32,562 nucleotides of DNA from NCBI RefSeq assembly GCF_020745735.1, contig NW_026867508.1, positions 1 through 32,562 of the forward strand. The letters are read 5' to 3'. This document shows positions 11,331 to 22,700 of this stretch, piece after piece (the stretch's first letter is position 1; every line of letters starts with the position of its first letter). This stretch comes from Hemiscyllium ocellatum. Taxonomy: Eukaryota. Both the position numbers and the translations under genes were made by a program. The notes under the pieces are model-generated. The model saw only the letters and a list, made by a program, of their open reading frames with translations, was not told where the DNA came from and made no database searches.

Positions 11331-12537
11331 ATTGTTTATTCTCGGTTGTAAATGAGCATTGTCCCGCTTTGGTTTCGTTCTCTTAAGCAGTCTAATGTCT
11401 CAAAACATCTACATTATGAAAAAAAAGGTATTTTCAGTTTCACATTGGGACTGAGGCTGCAAAATTTGGAATGTGACTGCTTTTATGAAGTCATATATGA
11501 AAACAGTTGAAAATGGTAATTTGATCATTCGTTTAATGGATTCCCTAATAAGGACAAGTCCTCGAGACATAAATTCATGGGTCCTATATGTGATGCTCGC
11601 CTAGAAATGCTATCGATTTTCTAGTGGGACAAGTGTTTTAATTGAATCTTTGCAATCTAGGACCTCTTTGAGACTTCAATCTCTGCCTTGTTATGGGTCA
11701 CTGTGATGCAAGTTTTTTTTAATCGAAGCAACAGACTGATTTCTGTCCAAGAATAGAGGGCAGAATTTCACTACTCTTTCCTCATTAAAACCAGATTATG
11801 TCACTGGTAATAGTATCCGTGTCTTGACATGTGAAATTACTGATGATGCTGGTGCAGTGAAACTGCCGACACAAGGCTGGGTTCCATAAGAGACTTCTGC
11901 CTGAGCAATCCAGGATCCGACTCCCATATTCTGTCAGTAATTCGGATGCAGCAACGGTGACTGTTCCTTCCAAAATGTGTGTTTTAACGTTCTTTTGCAA
12001 TTGACGATCACAATAATACACGATCCATTCACTATAAAGATCGATAACACTTTGGAGTGTGGAGTCACTTCCAAACTTCGACAGTCACCATTGTCCCAAA
12101 TCCATAGACGACGTCGAATCTCACCACCTTGCTCCTCTCGATCTCCATTGTACAGGAACCAAATCTACCTCAAAGAGTCGAGAAATCATCAGCACGCAGT
12201 GGGAAAAGTTCTCTTATTCTGGAAATTTAGATTAATATCGAGTATTGTATGTGTCAATTTTTTTTTGGTTTGAGCTTATTTCCTGATCGTTTGACAAATG
12301 ATACAAATGAAGGAAGCTCGAAACTTCATACAAGCTCTGGGGAAGATTCTGAAAAAATGATTGCTGAAGAGTGAAATTTGCTTTCCAACTGGAATGTGAG
12401 ACATTCATGTGAGGCTGAAATACAGGATCTTCCAGGCAGATTAATGCAGTTGTCAATTTGTTTTTGTGTGAATCTCTAGTGAGAGTTTTTGAGCAACATG
12501 AAACCGAGGCCCATCAGGCTACGCAGTCTTAACTGTA

Positions 12538-12806
12538 CTGAGCTCTGCAGAAATAAGTGGCGGTGCCTTCAAATCTGACAACCTGAATTTCCAATGAAAA
12601 TGTATTTTGTGTTTTATTCATTATTATAATAAATCTACCGATGGTGCAGATCCGCTCCCCCTCTGTCGCTGACTGTGTTTGTATGAAGAAATGCCCATTA
12701 TCAAAAAGGTAATTACAACAAAGAATGACCATTTTAAACACAGGTAATGGAGAGAGAATGACGCTTCTTCCTTGTCATGGTTGTCGGATCCTGTGTTACT
12801 AACTGA
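12538..12806 (-). pseudogene. IgNAR-V-like (NAR-TCR-type) V segment pseudogene
   Basis: The acceptor is CTTATTTCAG| at 12808-12807. QLVTQDPTTMTRKKRHSLSITCV aligns to VNAR RVDQTPQTITKETGESLTINCVL. After a frameshift (~12740), FKMVILCCNYLFDNGHFFIQTQSATEGERICTIGRFIIIMNKTQNTFSLEIQVVRFEGTATYFCRAQ aligns without gaps to the short, CDR2-deleted VNAR framework. Heptamer-like TACAGTT follows at 12537-12531. Confidence 0.8.
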
Positions 12807-14144
12807 CTGAAATAAGCTATAAATTAAACGGAGAGGTTGGTGAACATTAGAAGCGACCAACACGATACAGTTAAATCCCCAAACCGTTCCTGTAATTCGG
12901 ACGATCTTGGGGAGCCATGTAGTATTGAATCCAGACAATGTTGCTTTTTTGCAATCGGTACTTAAAGGTCAAACAGACAGGATTAACGTGGGGGGAGGGG
13001 GGTCTCAGTGTTTCCGCAGCGAGAGCTGACGTTTTCGATGATGGGGTTCTGGAGTTAAGTCTGGGAGACTGGATCGTGAGCGGGGTTGCATTGCCCCAGA
13101 GGGATGGAGTTGAATTGCAGAAGACTGAGTGGACTCAGTCTCTCTGGACATGCGTTGTCTGAGTAGGCAGCATATTTACAGAGCGAATCGATAGTTTTAG
13201 GTCACTTCACCAGCTCTGTGAGCGGGATATGTTATCTCCTCGACCATTCGCCCAGTATACAGAAGTTCTAAGGTTGAAGATGGGGATATGTGCTGTCACC
13301 GATTGCTGCAGTCCTCCTTACCCGACAGTAAGGAGCTTGGTCGGTGTTTTCACTGGTTCCTAAATGTTGAGCCAAGATTGCGAAGCTGCGATCATGCAAG
13401 AACCCAGAAGCAAGTTTATTTCTCCCCCACACACAACAACAATTTCTCTTCCTTCCGTCCCCACCTTATCCTCGTTTTAATCCATCAGTTGGGGTGATTA
13501 TTTAACACTGAGCAGTTGTGTGGGTCCGCGGTCAAATATCTGATCAGGAAAATTGAACCTGAACGTCGACATCTGCAATCAGCCTCGTAAGTGAGAGCCG
13601 GGCTGCAAGATCATATCAGGTGGGGTGGGGGAGGGGGGACACACATTTGTAAGACAATTGTGATTCAGATACATGATTTACATCAAGAACAAATTCTCGC
13701 ATATATTTAAGAAAATTATTTGTGATACACCTTTTTTTCTGTCTGTTGCGTGTATAATGTTGCTTTTAATCAATAGTGGAAAGGTGCACTAAGGTTAAGT
13801 GTGATCATCCTGCATTCTTCTAAGTTGTAGAGAACACAGTTCCAGAGTCCTCAGTTTTCGGTCTAAGAACAATTCAAACATTCCAACATTCAGTCTTGTG
13901 AAGCATTGTTGCTCTCCCTCTGTGACAAATTTATCTTTGACAGATATTTTAAAAAAGACTAATCGTTTAATTTGAGCTATATAGAATATTCCAATCTCAA
14001 CAGCACTTATACGTTTTTAGCATGTTGTCTTCTCGTGACATAAGAACAAAGATTGACAGAACTCTTCGGTCATGGAGAACTTCCAAATTTAGACAATTGA
14101 AGAAATATTCTAGTATTCTGTTTTACCTACCAAAGTGGCAGCAT

Positions 14145-14295
14145 GAAAGTTCAAAGATGTGTAGACCAGATGAATTCTCCATACTATGGATCACGCCATG
14201 GGTCTCGGTGGGTTACTCTTTGGAGTGTCGATGTAGACTTGTTGGGCTGAAGGGCCTGTTTCTACACTGTAGGGAATCATATCTAATCTAATCTT
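14145..14295 (+). mobile_element. HE1-type SINE, 3' half
   Basis: CAAAGATGTGTAGACCAGATGAATT...GGTGGGTTACTCTTTGGAGTGTCGATGTAGACTTGTTGGGCTGAAGGGCCTGTTTCTACACTGTAGGGAATCATATCTAATCTAATC parallels 29055-29220. Confidence 0.8.
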
Positions 14296-14439
14296 CCGCA
14301 TTATTTTATATATTCCAGGATCCATCCCTTATTCTGTTTCATCTGATTTCAAATCGTAATGCTATTTCCTTTCTTCGGACGTTATCGGACCTGTTGAGTT
14401 TCTGGGTGTCATTCTCCCAGTTCATCTATCTCCATAATA

Positions 14440-15200
14440 CGTATCCGACGATGCCAAGTACGGCAATGGAGCCTCCATAATCTCCATATTATTTCACAAT
14501 GGAAGATTCCCCAGAAAGTTGTTGACTGGTCCGAACTAACTCACGTACTTCAGTCCTCAACTCTCTCTTCTATCCCACCACAGCGATCCAGTTCCCATTT
14601 TCCTGACTTGCTCTCCCACCTGTAACCATATCAAGATGATAATTAGCTGTCATTTTTGCCAGTGACATGCCACCACCAGACACAAATCTCCGTCACCTCC
14701 CGTATCAGCCCTCCCCAGGGACACTTGCCTGAAGGACATGCTGACTTCACGCCCAACAAATCTGCCACCAGCCGACAACTTCACGAATCTTTCCACTACA
14801 ATTACGGAATGTCTAGGTTTACTTCCGCCCTCCTTCGTGTCTAACGGCACAAGCACACCTTCCAGGTGAAGCAACGCTTTATCTGAACTTCTCACAATGT
14901 AGTCCACTGCATTCTCTGTTCACAATTTTGTGTCGTCTATATTGGGGCAGCGAAGCATCGCCTGAGTGAGCGATTTGCAGAAAATCCACGTTCTGTCTGC
15001 GAAAAAGACCGGGAGGTTCTCGTTGCCGACAACTTCAATATGTCACCTTGCTTCCTGGCCAACATTTCTGTCTCAGGCTTGCTGAAAAGCTCCAGCAAAG
15101 TTCAGCGTAAACTGATAGAGCAGGACCTCATTTTCCACTTGGGAACACGACAGCCTTCTGGACTCAACGTGAAGTTCAACAACTTTGGGTCTTGAGCTCT
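14440..15200 (+). mobile_element. Penelope-like retroelement 3' fragment (GIY-YIG endonuclease), decayed
   Basis: FQVKQRF..TSHNVVHCILCSQ...YIG..KHRLSERFAE...LIFHLGTRQPSGLNVKFNNF across stops and frameshifts. Confidence 0.8.
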
Positions 15201-15458
15201 CCGATATCCTCACACAGACCCCTCACATCAGACCTTCTTATCACATAGTCTGCTATTGGGTACGGCACATTCGGAGCCACAAGCGGTATTCAATAATAGC
15301 TACCCATCCTCCAAGCAGGATCGTTATCGACTAATTTGTCTGACTACATGTTCTTCTCTCCCTATGAGGTCTATCTCCAAATATTGTTTACACCTTATCA
15401 AATCCCTCACCCAATCGTCTGCATGCAAACCGAAATTTTCATAGCTACTCTCTGTTTT

Positions 15459-15715
15459 GAGGAAGTGACCGATGCATGTATATTTACAACACTTAAAATG
15501 CATTTCATTACGTGCAGGAATAGGAAAAATTTGAATGGATGCGTTGCTAGCCAAAGCAGGTGGGAGAGTTTAACTGGGGAATATCGTTGACGTGGACGAG
15601 TTGGATTGAGGGATGCTGTATTACTTTCTGACTCTGGGATATTTAACGTTGGACAGAGGATTGATTATGTCCCTATTGATAGTGCACTTGACACTGCATT
15701 TCTAAACCATGATCC
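15459..15715 (+). repeat. 257-bp local duplicate (derived copy) of 17263-17519, flanked by 34-bp direct repeats
   Basis: Near-identical to 17263-17519 by direct comparison. The flanks are CCGAAATTTTCATAGCTA(C/G)T(C/G)TCTGTTTTGAGGA at 15430-15463 and 15714-15747. Confidence 0.9.
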
Positions 15716-16879
15716 GAAATTTTCATAGCTAGTGTCTGTTTTGAGGATGAATAGTACCATCTGACAAGTTAACACTGATTTCCCTCCACAGATTGCTGAC
15801 AGTTCCGCTGAGCGTTTCGAGCAATTTCAGTCTTTTTATTTTGTTTCTGTTGACGTTCTACATCAATTTCTCTGTTCGTTTCACTTTCCAGGATCCACAG
15901 AATTTTGCTTTGAAATTAGATTTTAACTAGTTTAACAAGCGCCAACCAGATCCAGGTAGAACAATGCAGTCAATGGAAAGCATATTCAGACTATGAAGGG
16001 GCTAAAGACAATAGTTAAGTCTTCTTGACATTTAATTGGAGAACATTTCTCTTTAGTCACTGCCTCAGGACGTTTGACATATTGGACTGCAGTTTGGAAC
16101 TGAAGGAAATTTGTTTCTATCGTCCTTCAAGATGGTAGAATTTGAAGGAGGAAGAGATTTTGTCCTTACTTGGATCAAATTGAGATGTTCACCTCTCACT
16201 CACACCCCTCCGACAGAAGGCAGAGCCTGGTGTCATTTCAGATCAGATGACAAGTCACTGTTGGAGATGGTCTTTGATAACCTGTTTGCTTTTTTGTAAC
16301 AATCCATCGGGTTCGATGATCACTTTCTTTTGATGACAGCCCCAGATATGATCAGAATAATTCAGCTTAATTTTGCGAGTTGCTTCTAGCTAACTATAGG
16401 TCCTCTCTCATTGGCTTTTGCTTTCTGTCTAATCAATAGAACAGATCATTAGAAGATGAGGACTTGTAGCAGAGTAAGTCAAAGCAAACAAAACATTTGG
16501 ATCTGACAGACGATTTCATTAATTATTTTGCAGATTTTGAACTTGGGACAAAGAAGTACCGTTCCCAACAAAGATTAACCGGACATGAGAACCTTCATTC
16601 ATGGATTTCTTTAAATTCATCTTAAGTTGCGGTTGCATCAAGAAACAATTATATTCTCAGAGTCTGCATTTGATTACTGCATCTGACCAATTCATCGTTG
16701 ATGTTTTAGGAAACTGACTTAATTGTTGCTGAAATGTCAAGTTTCATTTTTAATTCTATACTCGGGTACTTTAATCCTGTCGCTGTCCCCATTCAATCAT
16801 TTGTTGTGATTGACTGCTTCAGAAGCTTTTTCGCATGCTAATTGTTGGGAACTTTGGATGTAATAGTCGGGATGGCTTG

Positions 16880-17440
16880 TTGAGGTCATACAGAATGTTG
16901 ATGCCTCTTCTGGAGAACAATGTGCAGTTTTAGTTGCCCTGTTGTCGGTAGGATATTCTTAAATTGTTGAAGGTTCTGAAAACGGCGAGCTTGTCAATAA
17001 TACCGGTAAAGGATGTGAGTTGAGTTAAACAAGTAAGCTGGACAGCTCGGACGTCCATTAATTTAGCGAAGGAGTTTGAGGGTTGACATTGTAGAGGTTT
17101 CTTTTGTAAAATAACGAGGGGCATAGCAAGGCTTTTATTCTATCGGATGGGCGATTCCAAAAGTAGGGATATAATTTTAGGGGGAGAGGAATACATTTCA
17201 AAAACGAAATGAGGGTCAACCGTTTGAAATTAAGAGTGGTCCATATATGAAAAGAACTGCTGGAGGAAGTGACGGATGCAGGTATATTTACAACACTTAA
17301 AATGCATTTCTTTACGTGCAGGAATAAGAAACGTTTGGAGGGATGTGTTGCTAGCCAAAGCATGTGGGAGAGGTTAACTGGGGATTATCGTTGACGTGGA
17401 CGAGTTGGATTGAGGGGTACTGTATTACTTTCTGACTCTG
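16880..17440 (+). mobile_element. CR1-clade LINE 3' fragment (donor of the 257-bp duplication)
   Basis: A continuous degenerate match to the CR1 ORF2 end and tail, from GAGGTCATACAGAATG..GCCTCTTCTGGAG..TGTGCAGTTTT to GGACGAGTTGGATTGAGGGGTACTG. Confidence 0.75.
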
Positions 17441-18188
17441 GGATATTTAACGCTGGACAGAGGATTGATTATGTCCCTATTGATAGTGCATTTGACACTG
17501 CATTTCTAAACCATGATCCAGTTTTGCCACAGCTGAAAGTCTTCCTCACGATATTGCACGGGGCGCGGAACTCAAGCAGTTGGAAACACTTTCCTCCATT
17601 CTTGTTCACCAGGTCAAACGATGTGTTCGTCAGAATACAACATCACCAGAATTTGCATGTGAATGTCTTCTTCTCAGGTTCTCTCCCTTGTTACCTAACA
17701 ACGGTTTCAAATTATTCAGAGTTTAATCCTTAAAAATATTACATGGATCTATAATTTAAAGACTAAACTGCTTCCCAATCAACACATACATATAAATTAT
17801 TCTAATACTAAAGGTGCATGGAACCGCTGAAGGCATTCAAGAGAAGCAAACACTTTGGTTTCCATAAAATACTGAACCCGAGTTCAGGATCTGGGCCATC
17901 ACTGACTGCACTTGATCGATAATAAAAGAAAAACAGGAAACGCTCATGGGGAGAACAGGACCACAGAATTTGCAAGGGAAATGGGAATATCCTCTTTGCC
18001 AAATTTGTCAACGCAAAGGAAGAAACCGAAAGTCCGACCTTTTCGTTGATCTAAATATAACCAAACGTGCAGTTTGTGACTTCATTGTCCCTGTGGACTC
18101 TGTCATTCGAAATAAATGAGGGAACGCATAGTCGTTTCAAAGAGTAAGGCTGCACAATTGCTGCAATTCCTTTAGTGTACGAAGGACA

Positions 18189-18258
18189 ATGCACGGACCA
18201 GCGAATGGCCCTATCTTTGCCATATGTTATCCTATTCTCGCTGCAATTGGTGCCCCTG
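18189..18258 (+). CDS. GPR139/GPR142-like class A GPCR, coding exon 1
   Basis: ATG at 18189 gives MHGPANGPIFAICYPILAAIGAP plus G, with phase-1 donor GTTAGT at 18259. The intron position in TM1 (..G.P|AN..) is the one typical of GPR139-family genes. Confidence 0.85.
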
Positions 18259-19069
18259 GTTAGTAATGGCTCCGATGCACCCGGTTTTCTTTTTATATAT
18301 CTCTCCAGAAGTATTGTCTCTTTCCATTCAGATTTGTACTGAAGGTATTTAACATTCTGTGATTTCTGTGTAATAGGGGTTCAATCACGTCCTAATTTAT
18401 TAGTTGCATTACATGATATTTTGGGGTGTTATGTCTAGTATTGAAGACATTACTTCATTGCACTTGTGTTCTGGGCATTAGCGAATGATACTCAAATTAT
18501 TGTGATGCATCCCTATATAAATACCGCTTAATAATTTCTGGGGAACAATTGGTAATGTCTAACTTTGAATCAGTCTGTAAGTTGTTGATCATTATATCCT
18601 ATCCTAATGTAGCAAAGTCAAATATTGTGTTTTCATATGTGCGGGACTAATGGTGTATTACAGTGGAGGACATAATTTGCTATTTTTATTTTTGGTCCAG
18701 AAAATGAATAGTTAGAGTGCCATCATTACATCATATAAAACGAAAAGATTTAAGTGATTATACGAGTGTACAGCACGGCATCTATTCACAGTTAAACGAA
18801 GCCACGATGTGAAATTCCAGTTGTGAACGTGGTTTTAGGCATTTTTAATAGCAACATTTGAAAGGTCTGAATGGTGATCCAAGATTCACCATACTAAGCA
18901 ATTGTCTTCTTATGATAAATTTTTGTATGCTTATATGTTTTTATGTTTAACAATTACGTGGGAATAGCTGTTGTTGGGAACTGCAACAGTGACGTTTAGC
19001 TTTCACTTTGGAATGTAGTTTCACTTGTTCCTTCAGAGGTGCATTTGGTTTCATGCAAACCTTTACATA

Positions 19070-19480
19070 AGGGGGAATATGATCATCAGTTTGAAAGATG
19101 TGGGAGTTTTAAAGAATTGGCTGAAGATCAAAAAAGATAGGCTTTTACCTGGGGACTGAATTAGAAGTTTGGGCCTGGACACGAGTGAAATGATAAATGT
19201 GCTGGAGACACCCAAGGCCAGAAAGTAGGCATTGTGCGATCTCAGATGGTTTTGGTTGTGAATGGGATGCGGATGAATATGGTATGTGTTTTTTTTTAGT
19301 TTGAAGAGTAGGATTATCTTACGGCGATATTACTGGAATTCAAGCCAATATAGGTCAGCATGAATAGACGTTGATGGATGGATTTGATACAATAAGTACA
19401 CGGTTTTGCAAATGTATCCATTCAGGTTTACCTGGAAAGCCAGCTACACGGACTGATTGAGTGACTGTCATGCATTGTTA
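19070..19480 (+). mobile_element. Decayed CR1 RT fragment in the GPCR intron
   Basis: GGGGAATATGATCATCAGTTTGAAAGATG resembles the CR1 ISKFADD region. Highly degenerate. Confidence 0.45.
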
Positions 19481-19686
19481 GTGGTAGCGACAAATTGAAA
19501 TGACTTTTGTCATGTCCAGTATTTAACCCACATTTGAATGATGAACAAATGTGATTTGCTTTACAATATTACAAGTCTGGAGGTATCTAGGGGAGAAGTC
19601 TGAAAGTTTCTGCAAAAGATTGACTGTGAAAGTAGCTTGTGTTTAAATTTTACTCGAAGCTATTTCGCATTTTTGATGTCTTACAG

Positions 19687-20588
19687 CTAATTTGGCAACG
19701 ATAGTGATCCTTTTCCAAACACGGTGCGGCCTGTCTCGTGGTATCACCTACTACTTACTGTCAATTGCAGTAACCGATTTCATTGTCATCATTGGCGCTG
19801 TCATAATCAATCGGATTGGTAGCATTTACTTTAGGTACAGCCTTCTATCAACTACCCCTGTGTGCAGAATCAGCACTGTTTTGGTCTATATCAGCCGGGA
19901 TAGCTCCGTTTGGTTGACTGTTGCATTCACCCTCGACCGTTTTGTTGCCATCTGCTGCCAGAGCCTGAAGACCAGATGCTGCACTGAGAAAATTGCGTCA
20001 GTCATCATAGGAATTGTCTGTCTACTGAGCTGTATCAAGAACACCCCTTTCTTCTTTGTCTACCAGCCCTTATACATTCTGGACGGGAAGCCCTGGTTCT
20101 GTGACTTAAAGTCCAGTTTTTATACCTTGCCTGCCTGGCAGTGTTATCAATGGATGGACCACATTCTGACCCCCTTCCTCCCTTTTCTCCTTATTCTCCT
20201 GTTCAACGCCCTGACTGTTAGACACATCATAGCAGCCAGCAGAGCACGGAAAAGACTTCGAGGTTCTGAGAATTCCAATGATGCTGAGTTGGCCAACCGC
20301 AACAAGTCCATTGTATTGCTCTTCACAATTTCCCTCAGCTTTCTACTTCTCTGGGCCACCTACGTTGGACGATTCCTCTTCGTGCAGTTTACAGGAGAGG
20401 GTTATTTTGGCGGACTGGATTTTAATGATCCACAATTCATCCTTCAAGAAATGACCAACCTGCTTCAGTTATTCAGTTCTTGTAATAATGTATTCATCTA
20501 TGCAGTGACCCAGACAAAGTTCCGACAGGAGCTTATGAAGCTGCTGCTCTCTCCTTACACGTTCTTCAAAAGTTTTATTAAACGATGA
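19687..20588 (+). CDS. GPR139/GPR142-like class A GPCR, coding exon 2 (spliced product 323 aa)
   Basis: The acceptor TCTTACAG|CTAAT joins in frame (ANLATIVIL). The exon is open to TGA at 20586-20588. It has 7TM features: TM2 AVTD, TM3 LTVAFTLDRFVAICC, ECL2 PWFC, TM5 LTPFLPFLLILLFNALTVRHI, TM6 KSIVLLFTISLSFLLLW, TM7/H8 FIYAVTQTKFRQEL. Confidence 0.93.
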
Positions 20589-22424
20589 AAACAGCACCAA
20601 AAGCAATGAGAACCCATCCACGTTATTTGTGTTCTAACTCTCTGGTTTCAATTAGAATGTACATGCTCATGTCCTTGTACTCAATTGTTAGGTCAATTCC
20701 CAACCTGTGAAAGCTTATGATAACAGAAAATAGATGAAAAAAATAGATCAAACATTGGATGTTCTGAGTGTTTCGTTAAGATGCCACACAACTATACGCT
20801 TTCATGCCCATTATTTCAGCTACCGTTTTCAGGACCGATATTTGTAGCTTCAATCCCTTCCTTTCCCCCTTCCATTCCGCCGTGCATTCGTCTTACCTTT
20901 CTTTCCTGTCTCTATTTGTCCGAAATTCGTAAACTCTCCTTGTCGTTTTCCTTCAACATGACCCAGAAGAAAACCCATTAAACTGGAGGAAGCTTTAGAT
21001 CTGTGCCTTCAATAATAAGGACAGTTCGATTATTTTTGGTACCCACTATACAATCCACATGATGGCGATAAACGTTAGAATTTCAACGGAAGCATGTCAG
21101 ACAAACAGATGGACCGTCTCCAGTCCAAAATGAGTGCTCTTTACGTTGAATTATTTTATCTTGTTCGAAAGGAAGCAAGGGGTTGTTGGACTGGTATCAG
21201 GATTTCCACAGCAATCACTCACAAAGTTATCCATGGACAAGAAACTTCCAGACAACCAGTGGCCAACATTAGACCACAATAAGGAACTCAACTAATACTG
21301 TGGGTACGGATAATGTTATTCCAGAAATTCAAGTAAACATGACACTCTAAGGTTTGTGAACATTTTTCTCCATGACCTCCACATTTCTCCGAATATATCT
21401 GTTGAAAAACAACTGGATATGAACAAGAACAATTAAACTAAGCAGTTTCTTGTCCCTCGGTGAGCGACTCTCACAGATCCTGCATTTGAGTTGATACGAC
21501 TGTCAGTTTGGATAGTGATGCGTGTTTCCATCTTCTCCCTGGCTAAATCGCGAATGATAGTGCAGTGACACCAAGCCATCAGCGGACGGTAACATTGCAC
21601 CACTTTGAATAGAAGAGAAACACGGGGAAAGAGTAGCTTTTATTTAATCATTTTGTTTCATTGAATCCCCAGAAGGGTTATATTTCATTGCAGACAGAAA
21701 TGAATATGCAGACAACACCGATGTAGACACTTATACACGGATATTTGAAAGAGACAGAAACTTCCAGATGCACAACCATTGATGAACAAGCAGAGATACA
21801 CACAACAGAGAGACAATTATAGACATCTATCCAACGTTTTGCTTTTGGAATTTGATGCCCATTGTCACACAGTGATGCAATGTTAGCGGTTATCAAGATA
21901 CTACAAACACTGGTGTTTTGCAGTGAACTCGGCCTTTATTGCAGCTTCTGTTCTTTTTTACATCAGTTGTAAAGCTAGGGATGCAAAAACTGAACGATTG
22001 ACTTCTGCTGCAATAGTCCTTAATATTCCCCGACGCATCGGCATCTGCCAGCCACAGAAGGAGGCCTTTCAGTCTCCAGGAGCACTGCTTTCTCTGAACG
22101 GAATGATTTTTTTAATCGCACACTCCGAACCTTCCAGAAACTTTCCATATATTCACATTTCGAAAACACCCAAATCCCCTTTTGAAATGAGATTAAATCT
22201 CCTCAAGCTCCTCATCGAGTAATTTGTTTCACTGCAGAATCACCCTCTTCAAATCTGGGCAATCCACAAGTCACTTACAAATAGTTTTGACAATTTGACA
22301 CATATTAGCAAAGTGGCAATATGAAGGTTGCTCTTCCAGAGCGTGGGAGTAGCAGTTTGGAACATTTCTGCCTCTAGTTCTCCAACACTATCATTGTGAT
22401 GCTCATCGAGAGCGAGTTTGACTG

Positions 22425-22700
22425 TGTGAGAATTTGACAGCGTGATTGTGAGAGAATATATGTGAACCTGAGAGCTTGTCTGAGAATTAATATTAAAGTG
22501 TGTGAGTGAGTGTGAATCAAAGAGAATTTGTGTTTGTGAGATAAAGAGAGTGTGTATTTCCTTGTGAGTGAGTCAGAGCTTTTCTGGGAGTAAATATGAC
22601 GAAGAGAATATGATAGAGATACAGTGCACCTTAGTATGTGTGAGAGATTGAGAATGAATTTGACAGTGTGAGAAGGAAGGTGTATGCTTTCTCCACAAGT
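22425..22700. repeat. Degenerate (TG)/(GA) simple repeat
   Basis: GTGTGTGAGTGAGTGTGAA, GAGAGTGTGT and similar runs. Confidence 0.6.

Noticed and set aside
11640-11900. Candidate NAR-TCR D segments (CACTGCA, CACATGT, CACAGTG at 11705-11699)
   Set aside because: No heptamer pairs with a credible nonamer at the correct spacing on both sides.
21670-21874. Plus-strand VIFHCR...I*KRQKLP...HC followed by a perfect CACAGTG
   Set aside because: Cys-Cys spacing is only 58 codons, the heptamer is 2 nt after the Cys, and there is no nonamer at 12 or 23.
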